DNA of 63,325 bases, the filler included, from Actinomycetota bacterium (GTDB lineage Bacteria > Actinomycetota > CADDZG01 > JAHWKV01 > JAOPZY01), in NCBI GenBank assembly GCA_025963875.1. It is 6 parts of 6 records of this genome, joined end to end, with 100 filler letters (N's around TTAATTAATTAA, not from the genome) between each part and the next. Parts side by side here need not be neighbours in the genome. Positions count along the whole stretch, not along the records: positions 1 to 20,282 come from JAOPZY010000077.1; 5 more parts are not named here. One strand, given 5' to 3'. Every line of letters begins with the position of its first letter. Within the stretch, counting starts at the first letter, position 1. The translations under genes were made by a program, and so were the position numbers. The notes beneath the pieces were generated by a model. It had not been told where the DNA came from, made no database searches, and saw nothing but the letters and a program-made list of their open reading frames with translations. Below are positions 1 through 7,741 of the stretch, in pieces.

Positions 1-370
1 GACGGGAGCGAGACCTGATTGGATGGAACCCTTCGCCCAGACGATCAACGCGGCAAAGAAGTACGTCGTGTCGAGCACCCTGGAGCAGGTCGATTGGAAC
101 GCGGAACTCGTGCGCGGGGATCTGGGCAAGGCCGTTCAGCAACTCAAGCGGGAGTCGGGTAAGGGACTGTTCGTGGGAGGTGTGAAGCTCCCACTGGCGT
201 TGACGGAGCTGGGGTTGATCGATGAGTACGAGTTCGTGGTGCATCCCAGGCTCGCGGGCCACGGGCCGACGTTGTTCGCCGGGCTATCGAAGCATGTCGA
301 CTTGAAGCTCGTGAGCCGGCTGCAGTTCGGCTCGGGGGCAGTGGCGATGCGGTACGAGCCGAGAAGGTAG
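1..370 (+). CDS. Dihydrofolate reductase-like (RibD C-terminal domain) protein, 5'-partial
   Basis: KKYVVSSTL...WN, GGVKLPLAL..LGLIDEYEFVVHP.LAGHG.TLF are typical of the RibD_C/DHFR-like family; frame is open from the window start. Confidence 0.85.
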   Translation, partial: TGARPDWMEPFAQTINAAKKYVVSSTLEQVDWNAELVRGDLGKAVQQLKRESGKGLFVGGVKLPLALTELGLIDEYEFVVHPRLAGHGPTLFAGLSKHVDLKLVSRLQFGSGAVAMRYEPRR

Positions 371-439
371 CCATCGGGCTTGCTAGCCCGAGCCGGCCGC
401 ATCATGGAGCCCTGGTTCGCGGCTCTTGCGCGGCCCACC

Positions 440-610
440 GCAGCGGTTCCCTCCGCGGCGGCCCACAACAACGCCTTGGCTTGGCGCACCTCCCGAGCCG
501 GCGCGGTGTGCGAACGAGCAAGCCCCTCCAGCTCAACCCGCTGCCCACCCGTCATCTCCAAAACCCCAGCCGCAGCCACCATCCCACCCAGACTACGAAA
601 GATCACTAGT
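440..610 (-). mobile_element. Probable IS630-family relic (left end plus transposase N-terminus only)
   Basis: ATG at 582 gives MVAAAGVLEMTGGQRVELEGLARSHTAPAREVRQAKALLWAA, resembling the N-terminus of actinobacterial IS630 transposases; CTAG at 606-609 is a plausible end; no DDE domain follows. Confidence 0.5.
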
Positions 611-1047
611 CCTTCTTGAGGGTCAGGCTTCGTGACGTTGTGACCTTTTGACGTCTCACGGCCAGGAGACGGCCACATGACGGCCAGCCGAGGGGGCAGC
701 CCCCGGGCTCGACCCTCACCTTGGCAAGAGTCAGCAAGCGAGGGGATTACGCGAACCATTCGAACTTCTCCACGAAGCCATCATCGACCACATACGGGCG
801 ATGGCGTCGTTGTCCGAGGAGTTCGGGACGCCCAACGTCAAACGCAACTACCTGCCAGCAGGAATACGAGATTTGCAGCCAGCATCACGAGATGATGGCC
901 GTTAGCGGTGATGCCACTCTATGGCCGCAGCGCGATCCTGCCCGAAGCGGGAGGGGAGTCGCGGTGAGTTGCCTGACGCCGGTCATCGCTGACCGCCCCA
1001 AACTTACCAATCTTCCAGGAGCGCCTGGATTCAGGGAGGGGGAAGAA

Positions 1048-1968
1048 ATGTCACACAACGGGTGCATGAACGGTTACGACCCAACAAACGTCCACGAGAC
1101 CCTTCCCGCTCGCCCCGTTTCGAGCGCGACGTCAGGGCCGCCGGTTGCTGGAAGTTCAGGCGGCGCCGGCGATGCGTCGCCTCCTCCGCCAGCGTCTTCG
1201 CCAGGCTCGTCGGCCTCGGTAACCATGGCCAACCAGGCAGGCCGGCCGAGGGTACGGCGATTGCTGTCGGACAGAAGAGGTGGACGGATCGCGGCCGCTG
1301 CGCTGATATGTGCGGTGATCGGACTTGCCGCCGGTTGCGCCACGTCCCCCTCGGCAACCGCCACGTCCCCCTCGGCAACAGCCACGTCCCCCTCGGCAAC
1401 AGCCACATCCCCCTCAGGATCCAACGCTCGGTCTGGCCCGGCCGCAGGGGGAGCATCCGGCACGGTCGACAGCGTATCCACGCCGAGCTTCACAATGTCG
1501 ACATCAACGGGACAGAAGGTGACCGTCAACGAGGCGTCCACCACGACATACCAGAAGGGGACGAGCTCGACGTCGGCGAGTGTCATTACAACAGGCGAAC
1601 CCGTCCTCGTACTTGGGACGGTCAGCGGAACGACCATCGCGGCCACACAGGTCGTCGTGCAACCGACTGGCGGCGGCGGATCTGCGACTTCCTCGGGGGC
1701 AGCGGTGATCCCCTTCCAGTCCGGTGCACCGACGACGTCAAAGCAGGTCGGTCAGATTCCGGCGAACTACACCGAGGGGTCGGGGACGATCGTCAGCGGA
1801 ACAACAGCGAACAAGGCGACGGAAGTTGCGCTGGCCGCCTATCCGGGGGGCGTCGTCGACCGTGTTGTGCAGCTGAGCAACGGCGAGTACGAGGCCCACA
1901 ACATCGGCGTCAACTGGCCGCACCACATCTTCGTCAGCCAGGACTTCAAGGTCGTCGGCGCCTTCTAG
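1048..1968 (+). CDS. Ser/Thr-rich exported or lipoprotein with a DUF5666-like beta domain
   Basis: GGAGG before ATG 1048 (alternative start 1066); hydrophobic stretch ending in lipobox-like LAAGC; GTVDSVS..SFTM.T.TG.KVTV...TT.Y and V.G......I.AT.V patterns. Confidence 0.6.
   Translation: MSHNGCMNGYDPTNVHETLPARPVSSATSGPPVAGSSGGAGDASPPPPASSPGSSASVTMANQAGRPRVRRLLSDRRGGRIAAAALICAVIGLAAGCATSPSATATSPSATATSPSATATSPSGSNARSGPAAGGASGTVDSVSTPSFTMSTSTGQKVTVNEASTTTYQKGTSSTSASVITTGEPVLVLGTVSGTTIAATQVVVQPTGGGGSATSSGAAVIPFQSGAPTTSKQVGQIPANYTEGSGTIVSGTTANKATEVALAAYPGGVVDRVVQLSNGEYEAHNIGVNWPHHIFVSQDFKVVGAF
1339..1416 (+). repeat. 21-bp coding tandem repeat, about 3.7 copies (ATSPSAT)
   Basis: gccacgtccccctcggcaac(c/a) at 1339, 1360, 1381 and a partial copy at 1402. 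Confidence 0.95.
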
Positions 1969-2097
1969 CCGCCGCGGTAGAGCAGACATCAGGACCCGCA
2001 CAAGGACCCGCAAAGGCTCTCGCGGGATTTCGCGACCTTTTGGGGTGGGCCCGACCTGGTTCAAACCAAAAACAGGGCTCTGACCTGCGGTTATACT

Positions 2098-2144
2098 GTG
2101 GGCGCACGAGGATTTGAACCTCGGACCTCTTCCGTGTCAAGGAA
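2098..2144 (-). pseudogene. 3' half of tRNA-Val(GAC); att-like duplication
   Basis: Minus strand reads TTCC-TTGACAC-GGAA-G-AGGTC-CGAGG-TTCAAAT-CCTCG-TGCGCCC-AC: anticodon arm, variable loop, T arm and acceptor 3' strand; no D arm or 5' acceptor strand upstream. Confidence 0.85.
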
Positions 2145-2283
2145 TGGATGACACGCGATCTACCAGGGCAAATGCGGCCTGACCTGCGGCGTTGTGTTCG
2201 TTGTTGCCCGTTACGTACCCGTCATTGCTCTATGTTTTGCGGGATCTCCGCGGAATGGAATAGCGTGCGCGAACCCGAATACT

Positions 2284-2435
2284 TCAGACGGCCGCGAGCA
2301 ACGGGTCGGCGTCCACCTCGAGGCGGTCCCGCCTCGCACGTTCGGCCCGGTACAGCGCCTTATCGGCCCGCTCGATGACGCTTTCGATGGGCTCACCGAG
2401 GTTGGCTCCTGCAACTCCTGCCGAAACGCTGGCCG
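2284..2435 (-). pseudogene. GGDEF (diguanylate cyclase) C-terminal fragment
   Basis: My translation: SVSAGVAGANLGEPIESVIERADKALYRAERARRDRLEV...stop, matching the GGDEF C-terminal S.GVA...RAD.ALY.AK..GRDRV pattern; the rest of the domain is absent. Confidence 0.7.
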
Positions 2436-2629
2436 GACCTGGCAGGTGGCTTGACGCCGTAGCCTCAGCAATACAGCGCCGGAACCGTCTCGCGGCCTGA
2501 CCCGCCTTGTCCGGAGTTGAGAAGACCCAACGGGCGACGGCGTCGGTCGCTCGTGTCGCCGGCGCCCTGCCGATAGCAGCGTCCGGTTGTCGGCCTCCTC
2601 GATGGCCCAGGGGGGAGGCCCACTGGGGC

Positions 2630-2800
2630 GAGGTTGCGGAGTTGGCGGGTGGGGACCCCCAGCGCGGTGCCCCGGTACGAGGTCAGCACGTTGGGCCCGA
2701 ACCGGGCCCGGCGCGCATCGGCCCCGTCGGAGGTCAGCCCCGCCTCGGTGCTGCCCAACGCGCCGGAGCGCCTCGTCCACGGGCCGGACTGGGGGGCCAC
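2630..2800 (-). pseudogene. P-type cation ATPase N-terminal fragment
   Basis: ALGSTEAGLTSDGADARRARFGPNVL...RQLRN matches the GLT..EA..RL..FGPN.L N-terminal motif; no transmembrane or catalytic region follows. Confidence 0.65.
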
Positions 2801-3062
2801 CGCCAGGGTGAGAGGCATGGGCGCTGGTGGGGCGACGGCTTTGTGGAGCACGCGATCAGCTAGGCGACCCGCTGTACCGCCAAACGACTTGCCGCAAGGC
2901 CGGAAGCGCCCGCGTCCATTCGGGTGACAGTCCATGGCCAAAAGGAGCCGCTATTTCCGAGACTATCTCGTCCCGATACCTTCTATGGCTCCTCCCTTAG
3001 AGAGCCCGGCCCGGGAATGGATTTCCCGGGCACCGTCGGGGGACGACAGAACGAGGTCAGGG

Positions 3063-5795
3063 ATGACACAGCTTCGGGTGCGCGGGCTCCGCGCTTGGGC
3101 AGCGTTGCTTGGCATGGTGCTGGTGCTCGGGCTGGGTCCGGCAATGGGAGCGGCCTCGGCCTCCCCGTTGCCAACTGCCTCACCCAGTTCGGTGGGCGCA
3201 ACCGGTCACCGCCCGCATGTGTTGCCGTTCGGTGCATCCGGGACGGCCGGTCCGAGCCAGGTAGCGCATGCGGCCTCGATGGCGCCGGCGGCGTCTGGCC
3301 CCCAACTTTCGTACTACGGGGGGAAGGTGCTGGCCAAAGTCAAGGTGGTCCAGGTGATCTACGGTGCGGGCACCTATCTCGCTCAGACAACCGCGGATGC
3401 TTCGCCCGGCGTCAGTTCGTTCTACCAGGGCGTGACAGCGTCGCCCTATTTCGACTGGCTTTCGGAGTACAACACCACCGGCAATGCTGCGGGCGGGCAG
3501 CCCGGAACCAACCAGGTCATTGGCCGTGGCAGCCTCTCCGGGCGCTACGTCATCGCGCCCTCCGCGGCCAACAACGGCAACGCCATCCAGGACGCCAACA
3601 TCCAGGCGGAACTCAATGCCCAGATCGCTGCTGGGCACCTGCCGGCGCCCGACGCCAACACGCTCTACAGCCTCTTCTTCCGCAACGGCCAGTCGATCTG
3701 CGCCGGCTCGTCGTGCTCCCTGGTCTCGGGAGGGTTCTGTGCCTACCACAACACGATTGCGGCGGGCTCCCTGCCGGAGTTGTACTACGCCGTGGAGCCG
3801 GACCTCTCCAATGTGATCGGGTGCGGGGCCGGGAACGCCTTCCAGAACACCACGTCCGTGGCCTCCCACGAGATGATCGAGAGTGTCACCGACCCAGGGG
3901 TGGGGCTGGCCAACGTCTACGGGCCTCCCCTCGGGTGGTACGACGGCAACTACGGTGAGATCGGCGACATCTGCAACGGTCAGCAGGACACCGTCACGGG
4001 CGGCGACGGCGTGACCTACACGGTGCAGAAGCAGTTCAGCAACGTGGCGGGCCACTGCATCGTCTCCCGCACCACCACGAACGACTTCTCCGTCACGGCC
4101 AGCCCAGCGTCTCTATCGGTCGCCCGGAGCTCATCTGTCACGGCCACGGTCTCCGTGTCCGTCACGGCCGGTGCCGCCCAGAGCGTTGTGTTGGGTGCCT
4201 CGGGCATGCCCGCCGGTGTGACCGCCACCTTCAGCCCCGCCAGCGTCACCACGGGGTCCAGTGCACGGCTCACCCTCTCCACCGGTGCGACCACCGCTGG
4301 GGGTACGTACAGCGTGGTGATCACTGGCACCGGTGTGTCGGCCACCCGCACCACTTCGGTGTCGCTGGTGGTGTCCGTCCCCGTCGTGAACAACTTCTCC
4401 ATTGCGGCCAGCCCGGCGACGTTGACGGCGGACCGGGGCTCGTCGGCCGTGGCCACCATATCGACGGCGGTGACCGCGGGTGCTGCCCAGAGCGTTGCGT
4501 TGAGCGCTTCAGGCCTGCCGGCAGGGGTGGTTGCCTCCTTCAGCCCTGCCAGCATCACCGCGGGGTCCAGCGCCAGGCTCACCCTCGCCACCTCGTCCAC
4601 CATGGCCGGGGGCACCTACGCTCTGGTGGTAACCGGCACGGGGCCGTCCGCCGCCCAAACCACGCCCCTCTCCCTGGTGGTCTCTGTGCCCGTGGTCGCC
4701 AACTTCTCCCTGGGGGTCAGCCCCGCCTCCCTCGCCCTGGTCCGGGGCTCGTCAGGGGCGGTCACCGTCGTAACGGGGGTCGCTGCCGGTGCCGCCCAGA
4801 CGGTTGCCCTGAGCGCCAGCGGCCTGCCGGCCGGGGTGGTCGCCTCCTTCAGCCCTGCCAGCATCACAGCCGGGACCACCTCCAGGCTCACCCTCACCAC
4901 CTCGTCCACCATGGCCGCGGGTACCTACGCCATCGTGATCACCGGCACCGGGCGGACCGCCACCCAAACCACGCCCCTCTCCCTGGTGGTCTCTGTGCCC
5001 GTGGTCGCCAACTTCTCCATCTCGGCCAACCCGGCGTCGCTCTCCATGGACCGGGGCTCGTCCGGGGTGGCCACTATCGCCACAGCGGTGACCGCGGGCT
5101 CCGCCCAGACGGTTGTGTTCGGCGCTTCGGACCTGCCTGCCGGAGTGGTCGCCTCCTTCAGCCCGACCAGCGTTGCGGCTGGCGGCTCCGCCCGGCTTAC
5201 CCTCTCGGCCTCCTCGGGTGCTGCTGGCGGCACCTACGCCGTCGTCATTGCGGGAGCCGGGCCGTCCGCCGCCCACACCACCACCCTGACGTTGAGGGTC
5301 TCCGTCCCAGTGCCGCCGCCGGTCTCGACGGGAGCCGTGGTGAACGGCGGGTTCGAGACCGGGACCCTTGCGGGCTGGACGCCGGGCGGGGCGGCGGTAT
5401 CCGTGGTCAGCGATGGGTGCCACAGCGGGAACTACTGTGCCCGCCTGGGCTCCACCGTGGCCGCCAAAGGGGACTCCAACCTGGCCCAGACGTTCACGGC
5501 ACCGGCAGGGTCTGTCGCCCTGACCTTCGGCTACAAGATGGCCTGCACGGGCAACGCCACCGGTGACTCGGCCACGGCCACCCTGCGAGACGCCGCCGGC
5601 GGGACCTTGGTCATGCCCCTGCCCATGATGTGCTCCCTCACCGGCTGGTGGCAGGTAGGGGTCTACATCACACCCGGGCACACCTACACCTTGACCCTCG
5701 TGAACCACAACTCCGGCATCCCCACCGACCCCACCTACGCCCTCTTCGACGACGTCGCCTTCTCCTCGACGGGCATGGGGCCCAGCCGCCACTGA
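3063..5795 (+). CDS. Large secreted protein: Phi-1/EXORDIUM-like domain, four Ig-like repeats and a C-terminal carbohydrate-binding-like domain
   Basis: Signal peptide ending AASA; YYGGKVL, FCAYH, ASHEMIESVTDP, GWYD...GEIGDIC; four ~103-aa repeats starting (N/A)(D/N)FS; VVNGGFETGTLAGWT. Confidence 0.75.
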   Translation: MTQLRVRGLRAWAALLGMVLVLGLGPAMGAASASPLPTASPSSVGATGHRPHVLPFGASGTAGPSQVAHAASMAPAASGPQLSYYGGKVLAKVKVVQVIYGAGTYLAQTTADASPGVSSFYQGVTASPYFDWLSEYNTTGNAAGGQPGTNQVIGRGSLSGRYVIAPSAANNGNAIQDANIQAELNAQIAAGHLPAPDANTLYSLFFRNGQSICAGSSCSLVSGGFCAYHNTIAAGSLPELYYAVEPDLSNVIGCGAGNAFQNTTSVASHEMIESVTDPGVGLANVYGPPLGWYDGNYGEIGDICNGQQDTVTGGDGVTYTVQKQFSNVAGHCIVSRTTTNDFSVTASPASLSVARSSSVTATVSVSVTAGAAQSVVLGASGMPAGVTATFSPASVTTGSSARLTLSTGATTAGGTYSVVITGTGVSATRTTSVSLVVSVPVVNNFSIAASPATLTADRGSSAVATISTAVTAGAAQSVALSASGLPAGVVASFSPASITAGSSARLTLATSSTMAGGTYALVVTGTGPSAAQTTPLSLVVSVPVVANFSLGVSPASLALVRGSSGAVTVVTGVAAGAAQTVALSASGLPAGVVASFSPASITAGTTSRLTLTTSSTMAAGTYAIVITGTGRTATQTTPLSLVVSVPVVANFSISANPASLSMDRGSSGVATIATAVTAGSAQTVVFGASDLPAGVVASFSPTSVAAGGSARLTLSASSGAAGGTYAVVIAGAGPSAAHTTTLTLRVSVPVPPPVSTGAVVNGGFETGTLAGWTPGGAAVSVVSDGCHSGNYCARLGSTVAAKGDSNLAQTFTAPAGSVALTFGYKMACTGNATGDSATATLRDAAGGTLVMPLPMMCSLTGWWQVGVYITPGHTYTLTLVNHNSGIPTDPTYALFDDVAFSSTGMGPSRH
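4080..5310 (+). repeat. Four internal coding repeats of about 310 bp (Ig-like modules)
   Basis: Units start near 4080, 4389, 4701 and 5010, with shared blocks such as gcctccttcagccc and gcccaaaccacgcccctctccctggtggtctctgtgcccgtggtcgccaacttctcc. Confidence 0.9.
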
Positions 5796-5929
5796 CCGGC
5801 CCCGCCTCTCTCGCCCCCGGTCCTGCCGGGGGCCAGCTGCCGGTGGTCCGGCTCGGGCTTTCGGCAATCCTGAGGTGAAATACGGCCTCACGCTGGCATC
5901 GGGCGCCCCGGGAAGGCTCCGCGGCACCA

Positions 5930-5976
5930 GGATAGTCCCGGATCGCGCGCATACGCGCGATCAACGACTAACTTCC
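5930..5976. repeat. REP-like palindromic element, copy 1
   Basis: GATCGCGCG-CATA-CGCGCGATC hairpin with outer TAGTC/GACTA arms and a GACTAACTTC tail; related copy at 25426-25473. Confidence 0.7.
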
Positions 5977-6149
5977 AAGTCCAACGGCATCGCGCTCGCA
6001 CTGACCAGCGAGTTCGAGGTCGCCGCCCACGTCGCCTTCACCCGGACCCATCCGGAAACCGCGCCGACCGTCGGCTCGTACGGCACAACGAAAAGCGACG
6101 AGCTCGAGCGGGGTTGCCTCTTCCGCTTCGCTTGGACGGATTGCAATCC

Positions 6150-6749
6150 TCACCGGCTCGAGGCCGTGGCGGGGTAGTCGGTCGCGCGGAAGCACCCGTG
6201 GATGTGGTCGTTGATCACGCCGATGTTCTGCATGAACGCGTACACGCTCGTGGGCCCGACGAAGCGGTACCCCTGCAACTTCAACTGCTTGGCGAACTCC
6301 TCCGCCTGCGGGGTCGACGCGGGTAGTTCGGCGACGGACCGGGGTGCCCGCTTGCGAGTGATCTCGTAGGACTTCGCAAGCGCCGCGAGGCTCGGCGACG
6401 CGGACATCATCGTGCGGGCGTTGTCGACAGTGGCCTGAATCTTGGCACGGTTGCGGATGATCGAGGTGTCCTGTACCAGCCGGTCGACGTCCCGTGCGGT
6501 CATCGCCGCGACCTTGGCGACGTCGAAGCCTCGGAATGCCTTCCGGAACGCCTCTCGCTTCCCGAACACGATCGACCAGCTCAGCCCGGCCTCGAACACA
6601 CCCAGGGTGAGCGCCTCGAACAGAGCAGACTCATCGTAGGTGCGGATGCCCCAGACCTCGTCGTGGTACCGGCCGAGGCCGTTATCGCCGGCGCCGGCCC
6701 AAGCACAGCGTGGCTTCCCGTCGTGGCCGATGGTGACGTCCATGCTCAT
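6150..6749 (-). CDS. tag: DNA-3-methyladenine glycosylase I
   Basis: RCAW...YHDEVWG, LFEALTL..FEAGLSW, IIRNRAKI, FVGPT.VYAFMQ.IG..NDH..GC. Confidence 0.93.
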   Translation of the reverse strand: MSMDVTIGHDGKPRCAWAGAGDNGLGRYHDEVWGIRTYDESALFEALTLGVFEAGLSWSIVFGKREAFRKAFRGFDVAKVAAMTARDVDRLVQDTSIIRNRAKIQATVDNARTMMSASPSLAALAKSYEITRKRAPRSVAELPASTPQAEEFAKQLKLQGYRFVGPTSVYAFMQNIGVINDHIHGCFRATDYPATASSR

Positions 6750-6904
6750 CCGGCCTGCGTCACCGTCTTTCTGCCTTACGGCGGTTGGGGCGCCTCCTTT
6801 GGTATCCGTCACGTCGTTGTCCTGTTCGGGTTCGATCCAATGGTTGACTGAAGATCTCGGTCTATCGGCTCGTGAGGGTGTTGCGGAGCAACGCGATCGC
6901 CTCG

Positions 6905-7612
6905 TCAGCGCGCCAGTGCGGCCGTGCAGGTCTCGACGGCGGCCTTGATCAGATCCGTGACCTCTTGCGGATGCGAGACCATCGCCACGTGGCTTGACGG
7001 CACCTCGACGGTGGTCGCGCCCATCCGCTCGGCAAACTGCCGCTCGGCGTCAGGTGGGATCGCTTCGTCGTTCTGGGCAACGAGGTACCAGGAGGGCAGC
7101 GACTTCCATGCCGGAGCACCCATGACGTCGGTAAAGGCCGAGGAGGCGAGCGCTTGCTGGACGGCGTACATCACGCGTGCCCGGGTCGGGTCGACGTCGC
7201 CAGCGAAGTGGTTGACGAAGTCGTCCTCGGAGAGCCAGCCGAAGCCGCGCGAGTCGGTGAACAGATGTGCAAGCGCCGGCGTGACCGGACCCTGCGAGAG
7301 GAGCGCTCCGAGCGATTCGCCTTCGTCGAGGCCGAAGGCGGCGATGTAGACGAGGCCGACGACATTCGCGGTATCGGGTCCGAGGGCGGTGATGATCTGG
7401 CCGCCGTAGGAGTGTCCGACGACGATCGTCGGGCTGTCCTGGAACTCGAGCACCTGGCGCAGCCGCGCGACGTCGTCGGCGAGTGAGCTCAGGGGGAACT
7501 GGGGCGCCCTCACCTGGAAGCCCTCTGCCTGGAGGCGCTCGATGACGCCGCTCCAGCAGGACCCGTCGGCCCAGGCGCCATGGATAAGAACGATGTTCGG
7601 TCGGCCGTTCAC
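6905..7612 (-). CDS. Alpha/beta fold hydrolase
   Basis: VLIHGAWADG, nucleophile elbow GHSYGG, DEAIPP, SSHVAMVSHP; GTG start after a purine-rich RBS. Confidence 0.92.
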   Translation of the reverse strand: MNGRPNIVLIHGAWADGSCWSGVIERLQAEGFQVRAPQFPLSSLADDVARLRQVLEFQDSPTIVVGHSYGGQIITALGPDTANVVGLVYIAAFGLDEGESLGALLSQGPVTPALAHLFTDSRGFGWLSEDDFVNHFAGDVDPTRARVMYAVQQALASSAFTDVMGAPAWKSLPSWYLVAQNDEAIPPDAERQFAERMGATTVEVPSSHVAMVSHPQEVTDLIKAAVETCTAALAR

Positions 7613-7741
7613 TTGTCGCCACCCCCTTCGTCGAGTTGTCGATAGGTGAGTATCGTCAGCCGGAGCTCCGATGCGCATCACACGATCCTGCGATTTGAAA
7701 GCGTGTCATGCGACCTGGGATATGCTCGCAGCGAGGATCGG

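Noticed and set aside
1339..1416. 21-bp repeats as CRISPR or iterons
   Set aside because: Contiguous, in frame, and they encode a Ser/Thr/Pro linker
2098..2144. Intact tRNA-Val gene
   Set aside because: D arm and 5' acceptor strand are absent; recorded as a fragment instead
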